From Asterionella formosa (taxonomy: Eukaryota), in contig NKIB01014125.1 of assembly GCA_002256025.1 (NCBI GenBank), positions 1-47,350 on the forward strand: a DNA stretch of 47,350 nucleotides, given 5' to 3'. How positions within the stretch are numbered: position 1 is the first letter of the stretch; the number at the start of each line of letters is the position of its first letter. Under the pieces are notes generated by a model. It did no database searches and was not told the DNA's origin. It worked only from the letters and a program-made list of their open reading frames with translations. Position numbers and translations under genes: made by a program. This document shows, in pieces, positions 12,817-24,700 of the stretch.

Positions 12817-13083
12817 CTACCAGGTACCAGGTACCTGGTACATACATTTCGATATACCGGTATAAATATCACTTGACTAGGTATGTACCTGGTACCAGGT
12901 ACCGGTCATACTATAGACGTTTGTTTGTTCAGAATGGAGGCCGTCCTCCTCGTCAGAGAAATTCAACAAGACCCACTATTCTTTCGCTGGGGTATGTAGT
13001 TTCTACGATATGAACCTGCTACTTGGTACAAGGTAGGGTACCTGGTACCTGGTACTTGGTACGGTACAAGGTACCAGGTAGTA
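12817..13083. repeat. Cluster of GGTACC(A/T) 7-mer and palindromic repeats upstream of the second M8 gene
   Basis: taccaggtaccaggtacctggtac (12818-), gtacctggtaccaggtaccggt (12885-), ggtacctggtacctggtacttggtac (13037-). Confidence 0.8.
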
Positions 13084-13141
13084 TAATTTGCGCTTGCACA
13101 TTACAGCACAGTATTAGTAGCACACAAATTCAACAACCACG

Positions 13142-16141
13142 ATGACAAAACAAAGCCATCGAAAGCGGTCATGGTGCATGGCTTTCGTCGGCTTCGGTAG
13201 TATGTTCACGATTTCAGCCAAAGTGCCTCAACATAGAGTGAAGCATCCATTCAGGGATGTCTTGTATCGACATACAACAGCACAAGCACAAAGAGAGCGA
13301 GTCGTGCCCTTTCGTCCCATCGAGAACGTAGGGGACGGTGCATACGCGGCGAATTCAGCAATCCATTGGCAGGAGCCAGATCAAAGTTGGCACTTGCACT
13401 GTGATGCGTCATTAGTATCTCCTGAGAATGTCATTCGTATAAGAAGGAAAGAGGATAATAGAAAAATTCGCACCAGGAGGACGCAAGTACTCAACAAGGG
13501 TATCGCCACCTCCACTAACACTTTAGTAAAAGAACCAACCGGAGATGGAGACTTTTTGTTGTCACAAGAAATGACTGAATCTAACAATGGAACAAGAATC
13601 TGGAATATATCCACTCATGTCGAATTTTCCGCCGAAAACACTACAAGTTCGAACGCTACGTCCAATACCACATCATCTGCCGTGTACTCTACCTCTGCCA
13701 GTTCTGAAAATATTACAAGCAACCCCTACCAACCGATAAGGATAAGAACTATCTTATCGGAAAATTCGTGGTTGACCGATAACGAAACGTCTATTTTGTT
13801 TCAAGATATTCTATCTCCCGCCATCTTGGCGTGGAGCGCGGCTCTGCGTGCAGATCCAATCATCGGGAATCTAACCATCGACGCTGGACAATTATACGAT
13901 GGGGAAACGTGCGGACCAGGAAAGGAAAGTGGATATCCTTCCGTCAAGGTGCCCCTTCATCATTTAAATGATGGTATTGGTATTTCTGACACAGACTTCG
14001 TGATTTACCTGTCTCTTGCGTTCTTGGATGCATCGGGGGAGGCAAACTCTACCGACGGCTTTGAACTAACCCAGATCCCGGTTAAATCAAACAATAGTTT
14101 ACTCGAATTCGCGAGCAACTTTCCCAGCCAGTGGCCGCTCGAATACCAGAGCAACTTGACAGATACTCTCTTTGGTGATGATGTTGGAGGTACTAACCTT
14201 GGACCTAATGCGCCCACTAAACCAGTGTGCACCGGCGAGTACTTAGCAGCTGCTACTTACTGTGCGACAGATCAGTATGACAGACCTACAGCATCCATGT
14301 TACATCTTTGCATTGATGATACCTTCTTTTCAGATCTTGATAAAAACATAGTCACTGTCATGCACGAAATCGGGCATGCACTTGGCTTCAACCCTCATTC
14401 TATGGCTCACTTTCGGACCCACGATGGGTTACCTATTACTGAACGTGACGACGAAGGTAATGTGGTGGATGTCGCGGTAAAATGTGCTGGCGTGGGTCAC
14501 CAGACGCAAGTAGTTCCCCTCCCATCTACAGACATTTTACGCTTTCGTCTTGTCCGTAATGGTGTGCGAGTGGCGGAAATTGTGACGCCAACTGTCCGAC
14601 AAGTTGTCCGCAATCATTTTGATTGCCAAAGCTTACAGGGTGCGGAACTTGAAAGTAGACTTGATGAAACAGGCGGTTCTTGCCTGGGGGAACACTGGGA
14701 ACGACGTTTGTTTCGAGAAGACTTAATGAATCCAGTTGTTGATGACGTTGCTTTCACACTGAAGATTAGCTCAATTACACTAGCGCTATTTGCTGACTCT
14801 GGATGGTATCAAGTGGATTTAAGTAGAGCAGCGGCTCCTGCTGGGTGGGGCCGAGGAACTGGTTGTCCTTTTGTCGACAATACCTGCATTGCGTCAGATG
14901 GGAGTGTTTCGAATTCCAATGCTGCTTTTTTCTGCAATCAAACGATTTTTTATGGTTGTTCTCCTGATATGACACGGAAGGCAGCTTGCAACATTGATTG
15001 GCATCACAATGACTTGCCACCCCAATATCAGTACTTCCATGCGACCCTTGGCAGTGGCGTTGGTGGCCAAGAAGCATTTATTGACTACTGTCCTGTGTAT
15101 TCTGGCTTTTCGAATGGAGAATGCTCGTCTAAGTCCACCGAAAATTCTGGGGGATTAAAGATAGCTAGCTTTGAAGATTTTGGAGTAAAAAATTCACGCT
15201 GCCTGTTCGGATCAGTTCAAGGTGCTTCAACTGCATTGTGCTTACAAATAGCTTGTGTCGTTGATGATCTAACGCTTCGTGTCAAGTTGGGTGGTACCTG
15301 GAGGCTTTGCAATAAGGCTGGCGAGAAACTTATTGTTGATTCCGACGAAAATTTTGTCGCCTGTCCGGATCCAGTGCGGACATGTCCAACCTTTTATTGC
15401 AGCCTAGATTGTTTGGGAACTGGGGGTATCTGCGACTTTCTAACTGGTGATTGTTTGTGCAGTGTACAAACAACAAACTCAACAGCATCAAACGCAACTG
15501 TTCTCATTCCATGTCAAGAAATGGGTTCAGTGAGCAATTCTTCGGATGTGCGAGTCTTTTTTGATTTCGCCGTTGACGGGAATACAAATTCGGTCGATAC
15601 TCTGTTATCCGATTATTATGTCTCGACCTCCAATGAATTGAAGAATGATCAAGTATCGGTGCTTGGAAAAGTTGGAATTATTCTTGTCTCGTCCAGTGGT
15701 TTTGTTTTTCTCGCTTTCATTGTGATGGGAGTATGGTGGTATACCTCACAATGTGCTTTTCACTTTGTCCCTTTAAATGAATTCTTGCGGTATTTTGGTC
15801 TCTCCGCAGCTAGAGATCCAGCTGTTCCCACTGAAATTGAGGTTCCCCGAAGCAACAAAGACAAATTTGTTGCGTCACTGCTTTTGAACCTTCGAGTGCA
15901 CTATCCTCAGCATAATGGAGGTGGTAGCATTGTGTCCGCACTGGAAACCATATCAGAAACTGATGGCAGTTGCTCCCAGAGCTCTGCACCATTTTCAAAC
16001 TCATCTCTCAGCGTAGACTCTGAAAGCAATTTGGATGAAGTTCCAAGGAAACTAAATCAAGCAGTCAAGAAGCAGAAAGGGGAAATGCACCCAGTAAACA
16101 TTATGCGAAGGAGGTTCAAAGCAGGGGATTGTCTTGAATAA
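13142..16141 (+). CDS. Leishmanolysin/GP63-like zinc metalloprotease (peptidase M8), 999 aa, apparently intronless, with TM helix and cytoplasmic tail
   Basis: HEIGH (14363-14377), VRNHFDC, GAELE, HWERRLFREDLMNP (Met-turn), LFADSGWY, IDYCPVY, TM IILVSSSGFVFLAFIVMGVWWY. Confidence 0.92.
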   Translation: MTKQSHRKRSWCMAFVGFGSMFTISAKVPQHRVKHPFRDVLYRHTTAQAQRERVVPFRPIENVGDGAYAANSAIHWQEPDQSWHLHCDASLVSPENVIRIRRKEDNRKIRTRRTQVLNKGIATSTNTLVKEPTGDGDFLLSQEMTESNNGTRIWNISTHVEFSAENTTSSNATSNTTSSAVYSTSASSENITSNPYQPIRIRTILSENSWLTDNETSILFQDILSPAILAWSAALRADPIIGNLTIDAGQLYDGETCGPGKESGYPSVKVPLHHLNDGIGISDTDFVIYLSLAFLDASGEANSTDGFELTQIPVKSNNSLLEFASNFPSQWPLEYQSNLTDTLFGDDVGGTNLGPNAPTKPVCTGEYLAAATYCATDQYDRPTASMLHLCIDDTFFSDLDKNIVTVMHEIGHALGFNPHSMAHFRTHDGLPITERDDEGNVVDVAVKCAGVGHQTQVVPLPSTDILRFRLVRNGVRVAEIVTPTVRQVVRNHFDCQSLQGAELESRLDETGGSCLGEHWERRLFREDLMNPVVDDVAFTLKISSITLALFADSGWYQVDLSRAAAPAGWGRGTGCPFVDNTCIASDGSVSNSNAAFFCNQTIFYGCSPDMTRKAACNIDWHHNDLPPQYQYFHATLGSGVGGQEAFIDYCPVYSGFSNGECSSKSTENSGGLKIASFEDFGVKNSRCLFGSVQGASTALCLQIACVVDDLTLRVKLGGTWRLCNKAGEKLIVDSDENFVACPDPVRTCPTFYCSLDCLGTGGICDFLTGDCLCSVQTTNSTASNATVLIPCQEMGSVSNSSDVRVFFDFAVDGNTNSVDTLLSDYYVSTSNELKNDQVSVLGKVGIILVSSSGFVFLAFIVMGVWWYTSQCAFHFVPLNEFLRYFGLSAARDPAVPTEIEVPRSNKDKFVASLLLNLRVHYPQHNGGGSIVSALETISETDGSCSQSSAPFSNSSLSVDSESNLDEVPRKLNQAVKKQKGEMHPVNIMRRRFKAGDCLE

Positions 16142-18399
16142 TGAGTAAATGCATTTAATTACAGATTCATTGCCTAAAATTTTAAGGATTGCATGGGTTG
16201 TCGTGTTTGGTATTGGCACTGTGAATGAAGAAGCAAAAGAGCGCATGGGACAACCCAGATATCAAATGTTTTAATGCAGGAATTCATGGGAATCCACATG
16301 CATTTTCTTCAATCCTCCTGCTTGTACATGTAGGACAAATGTGTTTAGCAGTATGGTAAATTGTAGTGGACTACAGTTATAGTAGAAATTGCCTACCAGT
16401 AGTACGAGTAAACCAAAGCTATTGCTGAGTATGGGAGAAAACGTTGGACTTTGGCCAATTGTAAACCATGATTGTTGAACAAAACAATAGTATTGCAGAA
16501 ACGCTGCTCCCTGCTTCATTATGTCTTAGTACTATGATTGGTCCAAAACGAAATTCCATGGCTTCTCGTATGGGTGAATTATTTGATTCTTTGAATGGTG
16601 GAGTTGGAGAACCCCAGTACTCATAAGGTTTGCCAAAATTCCATCCAGGCACACCAAATTGAAAATAGATTTTAATAAATTTACCAAGCGACCTCTCTCC
16701 ATGAACTCTGTCACATGGATCGGATTTGGAGTTGGACTTGGTAGACATTCTTTGGATCACCAATGAAATGATGGTAGAGCACTAATTCATCGTTTTGGGC
16801 AACTTTAAAATTTCCCTGGAGTTATCGTTATCACTGAGTGAAGACATCCTAATTCATCATGAATTTATATCTATTTATGTAGCTACAGCAAGTATATATT
16901 ATACCAGGATGAAAATAATTTTGATATTCACATCCAAAAGTTCACTTCATTTTCCTACAATGAAAAGTGCAAGCTTGAAAGATTAAGATTTCCATGAACA
17001 AGTTTCCATCATGTTGAGGATCTTGATTTCCTTCTCAAAGTCACAGTACTAACAAATAGTTAGCTTTCAACATGAATGCAACACGATGGAAAGAATATGC
17101 TTTACCCGGTCTTTTCTATTTTTGTTGGTACAACTCAAATGGAAACGGTAAAAAAGGGACTAAAGTCCTGCCACTTCTCTCCCAATGTTTGATATAAGGT
17201 TATCCTCCTTGCTGGCCAGTTCAAATAGTAGAGATTCAATCATCAAGGCCAGAAAACAACATCACTACAAAAAATAGATAAGACAACTCTTTAAAGCATC
17301 ATAGGAGCATCAAGTATAAGAAAAGTTAGTATGTTTTATAGCCCATTCGCACTCCCCTCTTTCAAGGCAAAAATTTCATTGTGCTACCTGCCGAAAATAC
17401 CTGTGCTTCCCTAGTTTTGTTAGCGTAGGTGAGTCCCCAACCTCATTCTCAAATTCATTGATATCAATCATATTCTCGCATGATCGCCAATATATGGCTG
17501 GGTCCTTTATCGACGAACATAGCTATAGAAGCGCTTGAAGGCCTGTTACAAACCATTATTTTTTCAATATCACTTAATATATTTGTGCCACAAATCTCAT
17601 GTTGTAACGGCAATCACCATCTTTATTGCATTCAGTCACTTTTACTTGCTTCCTTTCAGCGCCTTATCATGTTTGGCGATATACCAATAGAACCGTGATT
17701 GTAGCTGCAATAGGAAAGTTTTTTCAGGACCGACCGATTCGCTCGACATCCCTTATTCTGTCCACGATGTTGACCTGACCCCCAGTCCCTGGCCACCCTG
17801 TGATCTCATAATACTCCGCCAACTTTTTAATAGATACCATGCTAAAACATTTAGGCTGAGTAAACATTAAACTGTAGGTACTACAAGAGTATAACCGCTC
17901 GGACTGGCCTTGTTAATGTACCAAAAAGGTGCCTTCCTTTGTTTGTCTTATTAAACACCTGTTAATCATGTCCAAATGAAAACTCCGGACTAGGAAATCC
18001 ATGAGACAAGTATGATTCTTTATTAATAAGTTACCTTATTAACACTTAATTACCTTATGATAGTGTTCCTCCACAGTCTCCAAGCGAATGGCGATGGTCG
18101 GCTGTGCCTGCTTGGGCCATGCCAACAACGTACTTTTACAATCAGGACATCTCTGACCTTGTAAATAATCAGGTACAATCTTGATGCCGGAACCATCTGT
18201 CATGTCCGCAATGGTAGTAATCTGTAAAAATTAAAGACATGTGTTCAATCGTTTTAGGTCTTTGGGCTGAAAATTCAACTGCTTACTGAGGAAGATTTCT
18301 TATGGACTTCTATTGTTTGTCCGCTGTGCTTGTAAAATGAAGAATAGAAGCAATCTGTTGCTCCTCGGTCTACAATATCAAGTGCCAACATCGACGCAA

Positions 18400-18864
18400 G
18401 CTTCAAGGGTCAAGGAGGGTGGGGAGGGAAACTTGAAGGGGTTAGTTCAAGTGCTTTGGGAAAGGGGTTTAATTGATGGATCAAAGTTTAATAGCTACAT
18501 ACTCACTGGTCGAAAAGATGCTTTTGGCATAATCGAAAAAAATCACCAGTGTTCGACATCAGATGTCCTTGTGTTCTGACTTCTTGAAGGAACAAGGCAC
18601 GATGCAATATATTGGGACCCAAACTTGGAGTGGAAGTAATGCTAGCTCCAAAATGCCGTATCGAAATTGCTGGGGAAGGCGTGTGGAATACATTTGGGTA
18701 TGCTCAAAATAAGGTACATATCGTAACCTCGTGGCACTGAAGGAGAAGGAGGGAAAATCTAATTTCATGGCAAGTGTTAGCACATGTTTGTCAGCAGAAG
18801 TGATCACAGGCGTCCAAATAAGGAAATTTTTAAGACAAGCTGTCAGTACATGCTGGCGTAACAT
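18400..18864 (+). pseudogene. Tc1/IS630-like transposase relic (C-terminal part)
   Basis: LKGLVQVLWERGLID...TGRKD, then in shifted frames SDFLKEQGTMQYIG, GVEVMLAPK, EIAGEG, EYIW. These match the KG..QVL.ERG / PK.H.ELAGEGIEY.W transposase family. Confidence 0.7.
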
Positions 18865-19168
18865 GCTCTTGATTCCGGCTTATTCGAACCAGAATTAGTA
18901 CAACAGAAGTGTCAAAAGCGCTCCAACCATGGCCCTGTCGAAATCAAATTCCTTATAAAGAAGATGAAGTGACATTGATTTGCCTTGGACTTTGATTACA
19001 ACTATTTAATGAATGTAGATAGATTGAGCAACTGCTGATGTTGTTGTATGAATGTCAACATTATGGCTGGAAACACATGCGTGTATATATTTATCCACAA
19101 ATACATATCTATGCTAATTATCTATCATACTAGCTAGGGCTGCGGTGGCTACTAAAAAGAAGGACAGG

Positions 19169-19230
19169 TGGAGAATGCAGGAACCAAACCCGCCACCTAT
19201 GAAAGCGTGCTATCGAACTAAGCAATCCCC
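19169..19230 (-). pseudogene. tRNA-Ala-derived pseudogene (possible SINE head)
   Basis: The minus strand reads GGGGATTGCTTAGTTCGATAGCACGCTTTCATAGGTGGCGGGTTTGGTTCCTGCATTCTCCA, collinear with eukaryotic tRNA-Ala (GGGGAATTAGCTCA...CGCTT.GCAT...AGGTAGCGGGATCGATGCCCGCATTCTCCA). T-stem GCGGG/CCTGC, deletions in the D and anticodon arms, TTTTT 12 nt downstream. Confidence 0.65.
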
Positions 19231-20506
19231 CTGGTCTGAAGAGGTAATGCCTCTCACAAGACTAACTATTAGTCCTACATTCTATACTGAATCATGACGC
19301 TGGATTAGTGTATATTGTTGCACTATCTTGACATGTCGTATCCATCGAGTTATTTGGTATCTACTTTAGTAGATTTTATGGATATATTTAACGTTGCTAT
19401 ATAGTTTTGGTTAATTATTGCTATGTACGGTCTCAGCGCAGCTGGCAGCACAAGGACAATCATCTGTCATGACAATTTTTTGATTAAAAAAGTAACACAA
19501 CAAAGCCAAATTTGACCACCTCCGCTGTGGCTGGTACCAGTAAAAACGGTGCAAACAAAGTCAAATTTGGTCAGGAATGGTTCCCACGGTGATTAGAGCT
19601 CCTGACGAACTAATTCAAAGGGCCGTCTGACACTACTAATTGCAGAGTGTGCGTTCTCAGAGGTAGAGTTCTGGTTGGCAAGCAAATCAAGAAATCAAGA
19701 AATTTTTTACCTGCCATTCTCATGGGAGTGGGCATCCAGCACTATCCACCTTTCTCCGCTCCATACATGCCAGCGTCACCATGTTTGTTGGGCTGATCCT
19801 GGTTACCTATGTTGCCAAGGCGCACCACATGATCTATTCTATCCCAGTAGTATAGTTTCAAGAGCCAAAAAAATGAAGTTCATAGCTATATACATAGTCT
19901 GATGTACTATAGGTAATGCTATGCACCATATGTAGGTCAATGGAGCCCACAGTAGTGTCGGGTAACTATCCGGCATGTGTAGACTAGCTATAGTACCATT
20001 GCAATTCGTCAAGTGTATGAAATGGCACATAATTATTCTTAGTTTCCTCACAAGAGACTTCGACTCTCTTGTAATTGATTTATAACCCGCTTATCATAGA
20101 TACTGAAGATACTGCCGGTAATATATTATGTCTCTTTCATTCTGCCTCCAATATGGAGTTGGCCTACCCCGGCATGTACATGTACCGGTACATGCCATCA
20201 ACCATTTGTACCCATGCCTCGATTTATGTCCTTTTGTTTCCTACGACAGTCATTCAATTATATATGGTTTGTGACTAAGGAAGACGAGAGAAGGCATTGG
20301 TGTCCCCCGAAATGTCGTTTTCTCATTTATATCATTATAGTTAATATGTGTACTAAAAACGACAAATATATACAAAATATGAAATATTGTAAAGCAATAA
20401 TAATGAGGGAGGTTTAATTATTTTTTCTTGCAGCTGTTCTGCTCGCGAGTCTCACTTCACCTCGGTTTGTCATTTCGATCAGCAAGGCCGGAAGATTCCC
20501 AGCATT

Positions 20507-21448
20507 ATGGACCCTGAAATTGGACGCCATCGTGCCCTTCTATACATGGCTATCCCTTTGGATTGTTTACATGACCAGCTTTCTCAATCTTCAGCTTCAT
20601 CATTGTTATCAACTACAGCAGCTAGAACTCTCCGCAAGCGCGAAATACTAGCTTGGTTTATCGTGATCATCCAGGGACTGATTCTTTGCTTTTCTCTTCA
20701 TCAGCTCAGCCGTGCGAATTTATCGTTGCTGCTTTCCGCTTGTCCGCAAACAAAGTCGCTCAGCCATTTCTCCATTAATGGAAAAGTCCCCAGCTACCAC
20801 GAGCGACCATCCTTTGAGGCTTTGTCAGGCAAGCACTCCACTTCACCATTCTTCGACCCACCGACTCTTCAAAATACTGATGCTGGAATATTCTCGAGAG
20901 TGTGGCATTCCAACGGATCACCGGGTATCAACAATGAGCTGCAAACGGGATCATGCTGGTGTTCAAGTGATGAATACTGCATGTGTACTCCTTCCCTAGC
21001 GGTCGACGTTATCTTGACTTCTGGTCCTGATCATATTTGGATGGTCCAACGTGAAGATACAGGACTCATGGCGATCATGGGAGGTTTCAGTGAAGTTGGA
21101 GAGACTGTAGAAGAAGCTGCTCGGCGTGAGTTGAGGGAAGAAATGAGCATCGACCTCCCTGGTCATGAAATAAGCCTCTTTGGAGTTTACAGTGACCCCA
21201 TGAGGGATAAGCGACGACACTCCGTTTCCGTGGTCTTTGTGATGGATCTTCCTGTTGATATTACGCCTATCCCTGGTGACGACGCCCGGCATGTGCACCG
21301 AGTATCACTGCATGAAATTGATGGTCTCGATATGTTCATTGACCATAAGACCGTCATCAGGGATTACGTCAATATGAGGGAACGGCAGATAAAAGCGAAG
21401 GACACCCGTCTAGAGCCGTTCAAACGATCTGTGTGTGCGACTCTTTAA
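20507..21448 (+). CDS. Nudix hydrolase with N-terminal TM segment
   Basis: Nudix box GGFSEVGETVEEAARRELREEMSI, PSLAVDVIL, YSDPMRDKRRHSVSVVF, GDDA; hydrophobic ILAWFIVIIQGLILCFSL. The start could be 20546. Confidence 0.88.
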   Translation: MDPEIGRHRALLYMAIPLDCLHDQLSQSSASSLLSTTAARTLRKREILAWFIVIIQGLILCFSLHQLSRANLSLLLSACPQTKSLSHFSINGKVPSYHERPSFEALSGKHSTSPFFDPPTLQNTDAGIFSRVWHSNGSPGINNELQTGSCWCSSDEYCMCTPSLAVDVILTSGPDHIWMVQREDTGLMAIMGGFSEVGETVEEAARRELREEMSIDLPGHEISLFGVYSDPMRDKRRHSVSVVFVMDLPVDITPIPGDDARHVHRVSLHEIDGLDMFIDHKTVIRDYVNMRERQIKAKDTRLEPFKRSVCATL

Positions 21449-21797
21449 CTAATGATCTGAAGCCTAATTAAGATTTAGCGTAATCAATTCCCGAATACAA
21501 TATCATAGCTCGGTTTTGGCATGGTGAAAGTCTCTACTTCGTTATGGGAGTGCATCCGGACTATACTAGGAGGCAGCAATCACCACTACCTGTGTATAAT
21601 GCAGCATCCAATCGCAGTGTGCTTTTATTGAGTTTCAGGTCGTATTTTGCAATGATCGTTCCGCAGGAGGGTATATGGTATTACATTTGTTGGTGTTTTA
21701 CTGCCGGTATCATGAGTTTCTTTTCAAAGAGAGCACTGTAAAATGAATGATGTCTCTATTTGTGTGGTCTAGATCCAATGGTTAAGTATTTTTCAAT

Positions 21798-24700
21798 TTA
21801 TGCAAGCTTCATCGTTCGAGCCCTTTCTAAAACACCAGCGTAGTACTTGTTCTCAGCCAACGACTCGTGCAAGGCACACTCAACGTCTTGCCACTGACAT
21901 CCGAGTCGAATTGGCATATCTAATCCGACAATCCACGAGACATTGTTGAGATTTCTTTTGTCGTCAGATTTGAGTAATCCTTGATCGAAAAGACCAGAAA
22001 CAGCGTCCCTAAACATTTCTAAGGAAAATTCGTCGTCTGGATTCATTTGGCCCAAAACTAACCTCGTCCACTCATGGAGTTTGCCAGCTGTCATCACGAA
22101 AGACGACGAACCAAATTGCTTCATAATCACCGCACAGACGCAGAGTACAACCTTGTTCAAATGAGGCTGCCCTTCAATTATATCACAAAAATTATCCGCA
22201 GTCTTGATAGAGTTTATCGCCCTCATCATATGAGACATCTGGACAAGGGGCACGTCCGTTCCAGCTGAGCACTGTTGACTAGGAGGCATGGCTTCTAGGC
22301 ACTTGTGAATCGCTTTGCTGTTTAACTCCAACATAAGCCGCACATCTCCCTTAGCAGCTGCTACTTTGCTTGCTGCAAACTCGATGACCTTGTCAAGGAT
22401 AACGTTTTCGCCGACTCGATCGATAACTATTTGGATCAAATCCTCCTTGCTGTATGTTCCGAAAACTACATTTTCACCGACCTGTGTGTGCAATCCTGGA
22501 ATTAGTGAAATTCTAGAAAACGGATAGGAAGCAAGCGTTGAGATACGCAGCAACCATATAACTTACCATACCAAGATCCCGAATGCGCCGAGCCTTCGGT
22601 CCACCGACAGAATTTGAAATTCCAATCAAAGCGAAGGATAAATTTGGGTCCTTGGCCCAATTTGTCAAAGTAACCAATACTTCCTCACTTTCATTTCTAG
22701 CTCTCTTGTTACCTTTCCCACTGGAGACGGAAAGGAGGTAATCGATCTCGTCAATAATCATCACCACCATACGAATTTCGCTTCTGCGTCCACGTCCAGT
22801 CTCTAGAGCTTGTTGAATTTTGCACTCGGTGGCATTGGATTTGATAGACATTGTATTAGCTAGTTTCCCCAAGATGTTCAACCTCGACTTTGCCTGGGTG
22901 CCACTTATGTTGCAGAATATGACATTTCCACTGGTTTCTCCAATGCTTTTGCATGCGTACTTTACAGCAGATGACTTCCCTACACCTGAAGCCCCCGACA
23001 CGTAAAGCATGGCACCACTCTTCTGTCCGTTGGAGGCAACGAAATCGCGAAGAAATGATTCGACACCTTCAAGCTGTTTCGGAAACTTTGATGATGGTGA
23101 CGACGACAGCTTATGTACGTTATAAGAGGTTTGTAGAACTTTTTGACAACGCAAAAGCATCGCTTTAATAGTCTCCTTCTGGTCTGGAAGGACATTTCGA
23201 TCCTTGCCATCAGCCTTACGTTGAAAAGTGCATGCACGTTTGGTGGGTCGTTCCTCAGGCGATGCTGAATTCATTTTGCGGGTTTGTTTGATTGTTGAAA
23301 GCTCCAGAGAACGCGGCCGAATGACAGTATAATTTGTTGGTGTTCTGCCAAATTTGTCAACCTTTTTGATTTCAACGAACCCAGAGTCATCTAATAGCTT
23401 TGACACATATGGCACAGTTATATCGTCTTCCTTATTCGCTTCCATAAACGTTGGAAACTCATGCTGAGTCATGAGAGCAGTGCGAGAACTTGAACGACCG
23501 GCATGAAATTCTTGAGTAAGTGGTTCGAAAACAATGGGTCTACTAGTAAATCCACTCGTATTGGCGCAGAGGTTTTCGATAATGGCAGCGGAATCCGGCG
23601 ATTCGTGTTCACAATTGATGAGTTCGGCTTCGATACACTTTTCCATGACATCTTCATCAGGACTGGCTGGCACAATCAGAAAACTCCCATCATCTTCGTT
23701 GGTAGCGGCATCAACAGAGGAGGCCGCAAAGCCACATCTTGAGAGGTTCGCTTCGATGATCGTTCCTTCACAATTCAATTTGATGAGTTCGGCTTCGGCG
23801 CACATTCCCATGACATCTGCGTCAGGACTGGTCGGCAGACTCAGAAGACTCTTGTCATCTTCTTTGGTGACGGCTGATCTAGCGGCATCAACAGAGGAGG
23901 CCACAAAGCCACATCTTACGAGGTTTGCTTCGATGATCATTCCCGAGGCAACTGCGTCAGCCAAGGCACGCGCCCCCAATAGGCTCTCATCTAACTTTTG
24001 GGTGACGACTGATGCGGAATCCAATGAATCTTCATCGCCGGTCATTTTGGAGCGGTTGACTTCAACCTTTTCTTCGTCAAGTTCGATATACTCACCCGTT
24101 CGGCTCTCGTCATCTCCTACTTTGTCAACATTACCAAGAATCTCAACAGCATTCTCAAAAATGGGTGGAGAAATGGAAGGGCCCTCATCCCTGTCGATCG
24201 TCTCATTATCCTGAACGTTTGAATCGACCAGTTTGTCGGTATTATTATGACTATTCGCCTCTGTGCCGACGCTTTGCTTCTCATCCGACGCCAAACTCAT
24301 AAATAAATTCTTACACGCAGAGCCAGGGTGTACTTTGGGTGTTTCGAAAGGACAAACAAGTAATTTCAAATCGGTAGTCTTGTGTGAGCTGACGACAATA
24401 CTATCTTTGTGTTGGTTGAGGGGCAGCTTCCAGTTATCAATGTCATCACCATTCTGACCATCCCTGAACAAATGAGAACGCTTTTGAGGTGAACTCGTGA
24501 CAGAGCAGGATGCTACTGAAGGAACCATGGGACTCGACCCAAACGTCGACATAGAGACCGTGGTGGCAGAAGCCACCGACTTTCCTGCACAATTGGTTGG
24601 ATGTACAATAACATCGTCTTCAACCTTGGATCTCTGCGGAGAGGATTCAGTAGAGTTCATGCCATGTAAAGCACTTGACATGTTACAAGAGAACCGGATA

